From a virus, in the IMG/VR virus record IMGVR_UViG_3300045988_080243, positions 1-51,082 of that record: 51,082 bases of DNA. One strand, given 5' to 3'. The position numbers were made by a program, and so were the translations under genes. The notes under the pieces are model-generated. The model was given only the letters and a program-made list of their open reading frames with translations. It ran no database searches and had not been told where the DNA came from. This document shows, piece after piece, positions 24,164-33,970 of this stretch. Within the stretch, counting starts at the first letter, position 1. Each line of letters begins with the position of its first letter.

Positions 24164-25089
24164 GAGTAAACCTCCTCTAGCGTCACAGAAGCAGAAAAAT
24201 GACCACGATAGTTGTTAACAGTCAAAACCTTAGCAGTACCAGGAACGACCTTCAAATTGCCACCACCAGAAGGATACGAGTAAGTGTACTCAGTTGGTGA
24301 AGTATCAGGATACTTAGTCAGGCGAAGACTAGCCCAGCTAATATGCCCATCTTGAAAAGGCTTCATAGTAATTTCCCACACACCTTCACCAAAACTGAAA
24401 ACCTGATTCTTCAGCTTAGTAATCACATGCAAGGGCAAACCGCCACCATCAACACGATCAAAGCTCCACTTGAACGGGCGCTTGTTATCCTCAAAACCGT
24501 AAGCAAAAAACGTACCATACCACCCTTGTGGAATAACAACACGTTCCGTGTAACTGCCTGGCTTACTGAGCGCGAGCGACTGCTCACGCCCATTCAGCTT
24601 GTCACGCTCAGATATAAACTGGTTATTCATGTTCAGTATGTTCGGCTTAAGAATGACACCAGGGTGCCCAGTAGTAGAATCAACGTCCTTCGTAGGGAAC
24701 AGTGCTTGCTTACCCCAATCGTTGAACGCGAAGGGGGTCCCGGCATGGTAGTGCAAATAAGGCAAACCCATCAGAGGCGACAGCATGTTGTTAAACGCAA
24801 AAGGATCAGCATAGCTCACCCACTCGTCATTCCTGTTCATAAACAGACGACGGAACAAGTCAGCCTGTTCACGGTTAAGGAATGACCACGTAAGCTCGTA
24901 GTGCTTATGACCATAGACCGAGCCGTTCGTGTACGCGAATCCATTGAGCAGCGTTGTCGAACCGTCACCCGCGTGAATATTGTCCGACACGGGCGACTCA
25001 TCAGGCGCGGGGAACCAAGACATAAAGTTCCCCACAGCGAAGTACACCTCTCGCGTTTCACAACCCCTAGTAGACGCCACGGTTACCAC
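24157..25089 (-). CDS. Distal tail protein (Dit-like)
   Basis: Immediately downstream of the tape measure. Start is uncertain (GTG 25089, 25080 or 25047, or ATG 25023). Confidence 0.55.
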   Translation of the reverse strand: MVTVASTRGCETREVYFAVGNFMSWFPAPDESPVSDNIHAGDGSTTLLNGFAYTNGSVYGHKHYELTWSFLNREQADLFRRLFMNRNDEWVSYADPFAFNNMLSPLMGLPYLHYHAGTPFAFNDWGKQALFPTKDVDSTTGHPGVILKPNILNMNNQFISERDKLNGREQSLALSKPGSYTERVVIPQGWYGTFFAYGFEDNKRPFKWSFDRVDGGGLPLHVITKLKNQVFSFGEGVWEITMKPFQDGHISWASLRLTKYPDTSPTEYTYSYPSGGGNLKVVPGTAKVLTVNNYRGHFSASVTLEEVYSW

Positions 25090-28000
25090 TCCTCACATTA
25101 TTGCTGTCGATGTTCTTGCTAATAGCCCGACCATTCAACATGACTGTCGTCGAAACAGCCCGGACAAGCTCATTAAACTGCGCTGGATTAATTGTAACAA
25201 GCCCATCACCGACACCAGCAGAGTAACCACCACCAGACGCCACAGGCACCTGCATCGTGTTAAGCGCGTTCATGAAGCCCTTGCCGTAGAAATCGACAGC
25301 AGGCTGGGAAATGACGTACTCACCACTGCGCAACTTGAACAGGCCCTGCCCATTCGTAGCCAGCAGATTGTCGGTGGTCGGGTTAGCAGGTGGGCGTCCA
25401 GGCAGCAAACCACCACCTGCATAGCCGGGGATAAGGCCACCCATAAACCGACGACGAATCTGACCGGCCTGGCCAGCGTAACGCGCAGCATCCGCCGCCT
25501 GGCCACGGGTCAAACCCTTGGCCATAGCGTTTTGGATATACTGCGAATACGTCAACAACTGGTTCAGCTGGTTATAAGCCTGAGACGTATCAGCATTAAC
25601 AGGCACAGTCACCTGATTGCCATGGATGCTATCAATGCCAGTCTGTGTCGTACCAATGGTGCCCTGATCAGTCACGTTCTCCTTCACATCACGAGGAACC
25701 TGACCAATCGTCCCAGTCAAGCTATCAAAGGCACCAGCCAACTCAGTCACCTCACCCTGGTTAAAACCAAGCTGAGTCACTTGTTCAATAAACTGGCGCT
25801 TAAGGCTCTGAGTGTACGCCTCGATCTCCTGTGTCGAGTGACCGGCAGCCGCGTAAGCCTCGATCAACCCAACCATCTGAGACTGCAATGAACGCAGCGC
25901 CTCGCGGTTAGCGATAGCTGCTTCCGTGTACCCCTTCAACGCAAACTGGCCAGCCTGAAGAGTCGCAATCTCATTGTTGTTCTCACTGATCTTGCTCTGC
26001 CCCTCGTTGATCTTCTCCTTGGCATCATCAATGTCCACCTGCAAGGACTGAGCGCGCTCCTCGTCGCCGTACTTCAAGGCGACAGCACGGAAGAACTCAG
26101 CATCATGCAAATCCTGCTGAGCCTTACTCATGTCAGAAGCGAGCTTGTCGTTCTCCTTGCGGAGGTCCTTCACCTTCTTGGTCGTGTTCTCCACGTCCTT
26201 CTTCAGGCTGTTGAGACCCTTCCGGTAATTGTCCTGTGCCGTTGTCGAACGCCACCAGGAGGTCAGCGCCTTGTCGAGTGCAGACTTCAGCCTCGACAGG
26301 AAGTCCTCGAAGATTTCAGCAGCAGTCTTTGTTTCCTTGCGGGCATGAGACGACGGCGAATGACCGCCACCGCCAGAACGAGGCGAATGACCGCCACCGC
26401 CACCGCCACCGCCGGACGAGCGCTGAGGCTTGGCACGGAAGTTGTTGGCACTAAACGCCGACTTCCCATTGTTACGCAAAGCAAACGTAGGCGTACGTAT
26501 CTTCGACTTCTGGCCAAGAGTAAACGACCCCTTGCCAGACAGTGACTTCGCACCACCAATCTGCGACATGTAGCCCTGGATAGACTGCCAAATAGCCTGA
26601 ACCTTACCCAAGAACCCCTGAGCCTGACTCACCGCGTTAGCAGCATTACCCACCATCTCATTCAACGACGCGTCTGTCGCCGAATGATCCACCTCACCCG
26701 ACTGGTAAGGCTGAGCGATGATAGCGGCCATCGTGTCACGCTGAGCCTCGAACGCGCTCATGTCGAAGCCCTGGGCCGACAGGTAATCAATCGTGTCCTG
26801 GATCGACTGCTGAGCGTACTGGTACGCTTCCTCGCCAGTTAGACCCATCTCCTCGATACCAGCCGCAGCAGCATTACCCATGGCCTGGAAATAGTCCTCA
26901 ATAGCTGCAATGTTCGCCTGACCCTCAGCAGAGTTCGGGTCCATCGAAGTCCCGTTAGTCTGCATGGACTCATACACCTGCTGCAACGCACTATCAAGCG
27001 CAGCCGCAGCATCCGTCGATGAAAACATTTCATCAAGGACAGAACGAAGAACCTCACCCAGATCCTTGAACTCGTTCTTAGCGTCGCCGATCTTGAACGA
27101 CGCCTCCTCTGAGCTGTCGCCCGCCTCAGACATCTCCTGACCAAACAGCTGAGCATCATTCAAAGCGTCACGCATAGCGCCACCGACACCCTCAGTCTGG
27201 CTCTTTACCTCGTTCAAGGCACTGATCTGCCCCTCAAACTGTGAAGCAATGTCCGCACGCTTAGTCGCGTAGGAAGGAGATTCAGGATCGAGCTTAGCTA
27301 TCATCTCATTCTTGCGTGCCTCAAGCTGGGCAATGTACCCATCCACATAAGCGTCAGCAGCGGTCTTACCGCCGCCCTCAGCCTCCGACGTCGTTGCCAA
27401 CTTAATGTACTGCGCATAGCTGAAGCCCATGTCAACAAGCGCCTGCTTCACATCCTTCGACATGTTCTTGAAAGAATCAGAACCCTGAATAGCATCAGAA
27501 ATAAGCGCCTGCGTATGCTCACCGATCTTCAACGTCGAATAGCCGAACGCCTCAGCCTGAGCATGTGTCGTCTGAACAACCTGGCCGGACTTATCCACGT
27601 AGTAACCAAGTGCCTCACCATTCGACGTGAGAGTCTGGCCATTCTGCTGGATCGTAGCGTTCAACTCAGCGAAAGAAGTCTGAGCGCCAGAGCCAACCTC
27701 CTTCGTGTCTTCAGCCAAAGCCTTCAGAATAGCCGACGAACCACCGACAGCAGCCTTCAAGTTCTCAGCCTTCTCCGACGCGCCCATGAAAGAGTCACCA
27801 AGGTACGTCGCAGCGACAGACGCCGCCGTAATACCACCTGTAATAATCAGACCCCACGGCCCACCAAACATAGCCATCAAGCCAGAGCCAACAGCAGACA
27901 GCTTCGACAACGCGCCGACAGCCTGGCCAGCACCGGCAGCCACCTGAGCACCCGTCGAAACAGCCGACGCCGCAGCCTGAGCCTCCTTCGCAGCAGCCGC

Positions 28001-30268
28001 CTTACCAGCAGCCACAGCCACAGCCGAGTCCGACGCTGCAAGACGCTGATTCGCAGCAGCAGCAGCATTAGCAGTACCCACATTAGAAGCAAGCGACCCA
28101 TCATACGCAACGACACCAGCCTGAGCCTGCTTCACAGCCTGCCACACCACGCCCCATGACAACGTTTGCTGACCCGTCGCCTGCATAACACGAGTCTGCA
28201 TCTGAATGTACGTCGCAGACATTGACACTAGCGCGGCCTTCGTCGCCACCATAGCAGCGCGAGCAACACCCACAGCCGTCAAAGCACCAATGAACGCTTG
28301 AATAGGCGCGGGCAGCTTCGCGAAAGCATTCACAGCCAGTGTCGCCACAGTAACAATAGCCTTCATCGGCACCATGAAGCTAGAGTTCATAGCTGCGCCA
28401 GCATTCTGCAAAGCATTCTGGAACTGCTGCAACTTCGCCGACATGGTGTCGGTGATAATTGACATCGAATCATCAATGAATGATGTATTCTTCGACGCCC
28501 GCTCAGCTTCCTCCAACTGCTCCACATACAAGCCGACACTGTTCGACATACGCGACAGCAGCTCCACGTCACGCACATTCTTAAAGCCCAAGTCCTTAAT
28601 AGTCTGAGCCTTCTGAACCTTGTCGCCAATGCCCGCAAGGTTCTGCAAGATACCCTGGAACACCTTATTCGGGTCATCTCGCCAGAGCTTTTGGAACTCG
28701 CCATCCGTCACGCCGACAGCGCGCGCATACGTGTGCATAGCATCGCCGCCCTCAGCAGCAGCCACGTTGATCGAGTTGAAGATACGCTGAAGTGAGCCTC
28801 GTGCCCACTCCTTTGGAATAGCGAGCGACGACAACGTGGACGACAGGGCCAGAATCTGGTTCTGAGTAAAGCCAGCGCTCTTACCTTGCGCGGCAATACT
28901 CACCATCATGTTTGCAATCTCAGGCTCCGTCGCAACAGACTTCGCACCCAGATCAGCAACCTGATTCGCAAGAATCTTGTAGCCGTCCCCCGCGCCCTTG
29001 GAGGACTCCTGCAAGCCACCCATCATCTGGCCGAAGCGGCCAAACGCTGTCGTTGCAGCCTCGACATCCATCTCCGTCACTGTCGAGAACTCAGCGACAG
29101 CCGTCGTGAAGTCCTTCAGGTCCTTTGTTGGAATGTTCATCTGCGCGCCGAGTGTACCGATCTTCGCAAGGTCAGCAAATGGGGTCACAACCTTCTGCGT
29201 AGACAAATCCGTGTACGCCTTACGAAGCTCGGCCAAATCCTGTGTCGTGCCCTGTGCGGTACGCTTCACGTCGGCGAACGCACGCTCCTGTGCAATGCCA
29301 GCCTGCGTAGCAGCCGACACCAGCGTGCCAAGGCCAGCCGTAATCGTCCCGTAATACACCGCCGTGTCGCGAGCAGCATAACGAACATTCTCAATCGCCT
29401 GCTCATTCGCACGCAACTGCGCCTTCGCCTGAGACGCATTGATACGCATCATCTGGCGCTCGCCAGAACCCTGCTCCTTAATCATGGCACGCTGCGTACG
29501 ACCAGCTTCAGCCTCACGAGCAGCAGCAATGCGAGCGGACGCAGCGACAGCAGCGGCCTCACGCTTCGCCTCAGCGGTTGCTGTCGTACCGGCAAGCTTC
29601 AGCTCAGCCTGCTGCAACGCTGTCGTAGCCTGAATCTCGGCAAGACGAGCAGCCTCAGCGCCCTTTGTCTTCACCAAGTTACGCTCGTCCCGGCCCTTCT
29701 GTCGCTGCAAAGGGATAGCGTTATCCTCATGCTTCACACTCGCCTGAGCACGAAGCTTCTCAGCCTGCGCCTCAGTCTTACGGGCCTGCGACTGGTTCAA
29801 CGTCGCCTGGGCCTTCTTCGCCTTATTCTCGGCCTCGGCCATGGCATTCGACGCAGAAGCCACCTCACGCATAGCCGAAGCAGTATCCTTCAGCTTAGCG
29901 ATGTGATCCTTGCTCAGGTTGTTCATCGTGCGAGTCTCGCGGATGAACTGTCGATATGCCGAAACAGCCTTATCGACACCAGCCGAAAGATCAGCCTTGC
30001 TAACATCACCCGCAGCCTTATTCAGCGCACCAAGCGCATCGGCCACAGACCGCAGAGCCGTAGCAGATTCCTTCAGGTTCTTGACCCTCGAGCTATCAAG
30101 CTGCAAAGAATCAAGAACCGTACCACCACGGCCAGACGGGGACTTCAGTGTGGCGACAGCACTCTGTAGCGAGCCAATCTGCTTTTCCAAAGCACCAATG
30201 CTCTGCGCCGCCTTATCTACACCCGAGGCATTAACGTCAATGTCAATCTTGATCGACTCGTCTGCCAT
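25067..30268 (-). CDS. Tape measure protein (about 1733 aa)
   Basis: Largest ORF, Ala/Gln-rich and alpha-helical, with internal hydrophobic segments and Gly-rich stretches. It lies directly downstream of the chaperone pair. ATG at 30268 sits 5 nt after AGGAG. Confidence 0.9.
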   Translation of the reverse strand: MADESIKIDIDVNASGVDKAAQSIGALEKQIGSLQSAVATLKSPSGRGGTVLDSLQLDSSRVKNLKESATALRSVADALGALNKAAGDVSKADLSAGVDKAVSAYRQFIRETRTMNNLSKDHIAKLKDTASAMREVASASNAMAEAENKAKKAQATLNQSQARKTEAQAEKLRAQASVKHEDNAIPLQRQKGRDERNLVKTKGAEAARLAEIQATTALQQAELKLAGTTATAEAKREAAAVAASARIAAAREAEAGRTQRAMIKEQGSGERQMMRINASQAKAQLRANEQAIENVRYAARDTAVYYGTITAGLGTLVSAATQAGIAQERAFADVKRTAQGTTQDLAELRKAYTDLSTQKVVTPFADLAKIGTLGAQMNIPTKDLKDFTTAVAEFSTVTEMDVEAATTAFGRFGQMMGGLQESSKGAGDGYKILANQVADLGAKSVATEPEIANMMVSIAAQGKSAGFTQNQILALSSTLSSLAIPKEWARGSLQRIFNSINVAAAEGGDAMHTYARAVGVTDGEFQKLWRDDPNKVFQGILQNLAGIGDKVQKAQTIKDLGFKNVRDVELLSRMSNSVGLYVEQLEEAERASKNTSFIDDSMSIITDTMSAKLQQFQNALQNAGAAMNSSFMVPMKAIVTVATLAVNAFAKLPAPIQAFIGALTAVGVARAAMVATKAALVSMSATYIQMQTRVMQATGQQTLSWGVVWQAVKQAQAGVVAYDGSLASNVGTANAAAAANQRLAASDSAVAVAAGKAAAAKEAQAAASAVSTGAQVAAGAGQAVGALSKLSAVGSGLMAMFGGPWGLIITGGITAASVAATYLGDSFMGASEKAENLKAAVGGSSAILKALAEDTKEVGSGAQTSFAELNATIQQNGQTLTSNGEALGYYVDKSGQVVQTTHAQAEAFGYSTLKIGEHTQALISDAIQGSDSFKNMSKDVKQALVDMGFSYAQYIKLATTSEAEGGGKTAADAYVDGYIAQLEARKNEMIAKLDPESPSYATKRADIASQFEGQISALNEVKSQTEGVGGAMRDALNDAQLFGQEMSEAGDSSEEASFKIGDAKNEFKDLGEVLRSVLDEMFSSTDAAAALDSALQQVYESMQTNGTSMDPNSAEGQANIAAIEDYFQAMGNAAAAGIEEMGLTGEEAYQYAQQSIQDTIDYLSAQGFDMSAFEAQRDTMAAIIAQPYQSGEVDHSATDASLNEMVGNAANAVSQAQGFLGKVQAIWQSIQGYMSQIGGAKSLSGKGSFTLGQKSKIRTPTFALRNNGKSAFSANNFRAKPQRSSGGGGGGGGHSPRSGGGGHSPSSHARKETKTAAEIFEDFLSRLKSALDKALTSWWRSTTAQDNYRKGLNSLKKDVENTTKKVKDLRKENDKLASDMSKAQQDLHDAEFFRAVALKYGDEERAQSLQVDIDDAKEKINEGQSKISENNNEIATLQAGQFALKGYTEAAIANREALRSLQSQMVGLIEAYAAAGHSTQEIEAYTQSLKRQFIEQVTQLGFNQGEVTELAGAFDSLTGTIGQVPRDVKENVTDQGTIGTTQTGIDSIHGNQVTVPVNADTSQAYNQLNQLLTYSQYIQNAMAKGLTRGQAADAARYAGQAGQIRRRFMGGLIPGYAGGGLLPGRPPANPTTDNLLATNGQGLFKLRSGEYVISQPAVDFYGKGFMNALNTMQVPVASGGGYSAGVGDGLVTINPAQFNELVRAVSTTVMLNGRAISKNIDSNNVRSGNRGVY

Positions 30269-30322
30269 TCTTACTCCTAAGAAAAGTCCCTGATACCACC
30301 TCAATGATACCAGGGACTCTTC

Positions 30323-31343
30323 CTACCTAACTTGTTCAAGCGCTTCAATGGGTGTCGGCAACGGCTCTTTCGTACCATCCGAATACTCGACAGTATCCAG
30401 AACAGTGAATGAGCTTTCACCGGGTTTCGGATGCTTATGCTCACGATACCTATCAAGCTCAGCACATGAATAGCATGTCGATGTTTCAACATGGAACTCA
30501 ATCGCGCTATGCTCACTACGCCCATACCAAAGCGGCGTACCACACTTGTTACACAGACTATCGAGATAGTATTGATACCCCGCACACAAGGCCAGATCAA
30601 GCGGCGTGTATTCAGTTTGATCTATTGGCTCCGAGTCCATCTCGTCACCAATCCATGCAGGCACTGACCGAGCAAACATGCCAGGAGCACCAATGAACAA
30701 CGTCGGAGGCTTACCTTCAGCCCTCGCCGTTTTCAACAAGAGAATCATCCACTGGTTCTCCGGCCACGACAGTTCCGTCCCCACGAAACGTGGGGTCACT
30801 AATTGCTTCCGATACGACAGCGCCGAGCTGCTGTGCATCGTTCCATGTACCGCAGATTTCCTGCCACAGGAACTCGGGCAGGTGGCCACGCAGCTCTGCT
30901 GCCTCGTCTTCTGTCAGGCCATTCTTCGATTCACCTGTGGAGTTGTCGATGATCTCGACACAGGAGCGAGCAATGATATACTCCATCAAACGATCTTCAC
31001 GCTCAACGGCAATAACCGCCCGCTCATCCTCGTTCTTGTTCTTCGTACTGAAGAACTTGTCCTCCCACACGCGGCGCTTCAGAACATTGAGTTCCTTATT
31101 GGAAAGCGCACGCAGACGAAGAGTGACCGTCTCCTTGCGAAGAGCCTCAAGCTCCTCCTGAAGCTCGACACCAGGTGCCGTGTCCGTAATCGAACGAGAC
31201 GCTGGGGCCTCGACCAGTTGCGCGGTCTTAGCAATCTCGACCAGTTGGGCGAAACGCTCCGCGTTTTCAGTATTCAGCGGAACGTCGATAGACTTGACCG
31301 TAGGCTTGATGGACGAGATAATCTTAGACAGTTCGAAAGCCAT
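30323..31343 (-). CDS. Tail assembly chaperone frameshift product (G-T-like)
   Basis: The second frame (30323-30889) has no independent SD and overlaps the G 3' end by about 170 nt. Its phase relative to G is +1 or -2. Confidence 0.55.
30717..31343 (-). CDS. Tail assembly chaperone (G-like, 208 aa)
   Basis: Lies between the major tail and tape measure genes; the acidic C-terminus overlaps a second open frame. Confidence 0.75.
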   Translation of the reverse strand: MAFELSKIISSIKPTVKSIDVPLNTENAERFAQLVEIAKTAQLVEAPASRSITDTAPGVELQEELEALRKETVTLRLRALSNKELNVLKRRVWEDKFFSTKNKNEDERAVIAVEREDRLMEYIIARSCVEIIDNSTGESKNGLTEDEAAELRGHLPEFLWQEICGTWNDAQQLGAVVSEAISDPTFRGDGTVVAGEPVDDSLVENGEG

Positions 31344-31411
31344 GTCTACTCCAATCAGATCTGAGAATACCCCCGCACCTCGGAGGTACAGGGGTATTCT
31401 AGCAGAGACGG

Positions 31412-31957
31412 TCAGGCAGTGACAGCCTTATTCAACTCCATAAAGCCCTGGGGCAGGAAGGGCACCTCAAACTGGATCGGCTTGTCCCCGTCACCGAGGA
31501 CATCCTTTGGGTTGTCGGGGACAACCTTAAAGGCCGACAGCTCTTGACCGGCCTCAACAGGGGTACCCTGTCGGAAGCCGATGCGCTGAACGAGGTAGCC
31601 CTCCTTCAGGCCGTCCAGCGTCCCACGCTTGAACAACTGGAACGCCTTGTCATAGACGCTGGTGTTACCAGCAGCCTTTTGACCCTTGGCGATCTCCTCA
31701 CGGAAGAAGGTGAGGGATGCTTCGTAGTTTGCGATAGTGGGGGTCTTAGCGTTACCACTATCGCAAATTGAACGAGAATCGTCAGTATCACTGTCCGTCG
31801 CGCCGAGCGTCATGCCCGCCGCGATAGCGCAGGAAATATCGACAGCCTTCGACGTGCCACCCGTGTAGGTAGCAGCCTTAAACAAGTCATCAGTACTCGT
31901 GATACCATCAGCCGCAACCCACCAAATAGTGGTGTTCGGAGACAACATCTTTGCCAT
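31412..31957 (-). CDS. Major tail protein (181 aa)
   Basis: Position upstream of the chaperones; strong SD caggagga. Confidence 0.7.
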   Translation of the reverse strand: MAKMLSPNTTIWWVAADGITSTDDLFKAATYTGGTSKAVDISCAIAAGMTLGATDSDTDDSRSICDSGNAKTPTIANYEASLTFFREEIAKGQKAAGNTSVYDKAFQLFKRGTLDGLKEGYLVQRIGFRQGTPVEAGQELSAFKVVPDNPKDVLGDGDKPIQFEVPFLPQGFMELNKAVTA

Positions 31958-31959
31958 AA

Positions 31960-32130
31960 TCAGTCCTCCTGAGTTGTATTGTCGTCTTCAATGGTATCAT
32001 CTGCACCACAGCAAGACGGCTGGGTTAGTGGTGTCTCGTCATTGACACGCTCATACATGTCGGGCAGAACAGAAAGCTCTGCCTCAGACTTCTCGCACAC
32101 GATATTGGTGTACACATTACGCACACGCAT
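31960..32130 (-). CDS. Small acidic protein (56 aa)
   Basis: ATG 1 nt after the upstream stop; fills the gap. Below the ORF-track cutoff. Confidence 0.4.
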   Translation of the reverse strand: MRVRNVYTNIVCEKSEAELSVLPDMYERVNDETPLTQPSCCGADDTIEDDNTTQED

Positions 32131-32131
32131 A

Positions 32132-32548
32132 TTAGTCTCCTCTATCTAGGTTGACGTAGAAAGCCATGCTATGTTGAAAAACAGCCGGACGCAGCGTCGA
32201 ATCGAAATCCTTAGACGTACCGACAGACGCAGCAATATTGATACCATTTGACCCGTCGATCAACACAGCACCAATAAGCTTTTCCTTCACAACCGACACC
32301 AGCCGATTAAGAAGCCTCTTATCCTCGCCATACACATCAATGTGGAATGGGTGCTCATAGACATCCAGGGTGTGCCCGGCAACCGACTTGTAACCTCGTA
32401 GCTGTCGATTGATCTCAGCGCCACCGTGGTACACAATGTACAGTGGTGCTTCTACCTTACGAGCAAAAGAATCGAAAACCTCAATACCCTTGATGGTATG
32501 CAACAGAGACAGACATGCCTCGTCAAACTCTAGGGTCCGGTCTTTCAC
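32132..32548 (-). CDS. Tail terminator / head-tail joining protein (138 aa)
   Basis: Position; GTG start after GGGAGG and a GTGA overlap. Confidence 0.5.
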   Translation of the reverse strand: MKDRTLEFDEACLSLLHTIKGIEVFDSFARKVEAPLYIVYHGGAEINRQLRGYKSVAGHTLDVYEHPFHIDVYGEDKRLLNRLVSVVKEKLIGAVLIDGSNGINIAASVGTSKDFDSTLRPAVFQHSMAFYVNLDRGD

Positions 32549-33024
32549 TTAAGCCTCCCATAAAACTCTTCACGGAACACAGCCGTAATGCGAGGCAGGT
32601 ACTTTGCAGGGATAATGCCCTTCGTATCCTTGCTGCCTCGTGGCTTCCCGCGCAAGCCAGAGCGCAGATAGCCAGAAGTTCGATTACCGTACGTGCCGTT
32701 CTCCTGCCAGGAATAGTATGGCTTTTCACGCTCCCACTTATGCCAGCCGATCTCGACAACCTTGCCGCCCTTAGAAGCATCAACACTGAACGTGTCGCGC
32801 ATATAGCCAGTGTCGACACGCCGGGGATCAGTGCCAATCAATTGACGACCGTACTCAGTAGAGGCAGCAGCGGCAGCCTTAGCAGCAGCATCGACCTTCT
32901 TCCAAGCGGCGTCGATGATTTTCTTTTTTGCTTTAGCTGCAACACCATAACGGTCGGAATCGACAGTAACCTTAATGCCGGTAACTCGACCGTCGTACCG
33001 TACAGTCTTCTTAGTGCGTGCCAT
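32545..33024 (-). CDS. Head-tail joining protein (HK97 gp10-like position)
   Basis: Position. ATG at 33024 is preferred over GTG at 33051. Confidence 0.5.
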   Translation of the reverse strand: MARTKKTVRYDGRVTGIKVTVDSDRYGVAAKAKKKIIDAAWKKVDAAAKAAAAASTEYGRQLIGTDPRRVDTGYMRDTFSVDASKGGKVVEIGWHKWEREKPYYSWQENGTYGNRTSGYLRSGLRGKPRGSKDTKGIIPAKYLPRITAVFREEFYGRLK

Positions 33025-33508
33025 GAGCAGTATCACCTGTCTCCATATCACAAAGCAGTGTCACTTGCCAATTTAGTGTATCAATTTGAGCATTACGCAC
33101 AACCAGCTTCAAGCCCACAACCCTTGTGTCAGTCGGCATTTCGTCTACTTGGAGACGCATACCCTCAGCAAATGACACACGTACAGAAGGCTCACCCCAC
33201 AAGTCCTGCGACACAAGCTCGTTCTTGTCGAGATGCAAAAGCTGCACACGATAAGCGTGAACACCTGTCACTTCGCCAGCCCACTCACGGTTACGAGCAC
33301 GCCAGTCCACATTAGGTGTAATGTTCGCCCATCCCTTCCACACCGGGGGATTGTCCTTAGCCGACAGACCATTGTCAGCCGTCCAATCATACGACACCGT
33401 GTCGGGTGTTTCGTAGATGCTCACCTTCGTATTAGCCAACAGTTGAAGTGGGTAATAAGAGGCGTGGATGAACAAGGGGTGGATATTAGGATTGATCGAC
33501 AGTGCCAC
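33011..33508 (-). CDS. Head-tail adaptor / head closure protein
   Basis: Position. GTG at 33508 overlaps the upstream TAG; TTG at 33526 is an alternative. Confidence 0.5.
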   Translation of the reverse strand: MALSINPNIHPLFIHASYYPLQLLANTKVSIYETPDTVSYDWTADNGLSAKDNPPVWKGWANITPNVDWRARNREWAGEVTGVHAYRVQLLHLDKNELVSQDLWGEPSVRVSFAEGMRLQVDEMPTDTRVVGLKLVVRNAQIDTLNWQVTLLCDMETGDTAHGTH

Positions 33509-33894
33509 TAGAAGTTCACCGCCCAATCCACAGGCTCAAACGTTGGATGCACAACATCGAAACAGAGATTGTTCTCTTCGTCTTCCTTCGCCTGAGCGCG
33601 CAACTGCCTAGCACGGGCGACAATAGCCGACAGCAGCTTAGCGCCGTCCGTCTGCTTGTCGTCAGTCTTCAAGACAAGCAACTGCAAAGCCTTATCCATG
33701 CCGATAGCGTCACATGCATCAGCAGCAGCCAGCTTTACGTTACCACCATTAACAGCGAGCAAAGCCTCGATCTCTTCATCCGCGAAAAGATAACGTGGCT
33801 CGTTCCTCAAATCGCGCAAGTCTTCCAACTTACGCAAATCAGGAATAAGTACACGCACCTGTCCAACAGGTGAAGAAAAATCAATCTCGCTCAT
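33508..33894 (-). CDS. Head-tail connector (gp6-like) protein
   Basis: ATG at 33894 sits 7 nt after TATACT with no SD. The track start at 33933 lies inside the terminator hairpin. Confidence 0.55.
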   Translation of the reverse strand: MSEIDFSSPVGQVRVLIPDLRKLEDLRDLRNEPRYLFADEEIEALLAVNGGNVKLAAADACDAIGMDKALQLLVLKTDDKQTDGAKLLSAIVARARQLRAQAKEDEENNLCFDVVHPTFEPVDWAVNF

Positions 33895-33907
33895 AAAACC
33901 AAGTATA

Positions 33908-33944
33908 GCAAGACCCCCGTGACAAAGGGCCACAGGGGTCTTGC
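33908..33944 (-). terminator. Hairpin terminator after the major capsid gene
   Basis: GCAAGACCCC/GGGGTCTTGC 10-bp stem, followed by a T-containing tail on the minus strand. Confidence 0.6.
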
Positions 33945-33970
33945 TTAATCAGCTAACTGATCAGAGGTGA

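Noticed and set aside
26355-26410. 20-bp direct repeat and (CACCGC)n run in the tape measure gene (encoding GGGGHSP...GGGGGGGHSP).
   Set aside because: This is a real repeat, but it is in frame within a Gly-rich linker of the tape measure protein. Such internal repeats are common there, so it is not a separate element.
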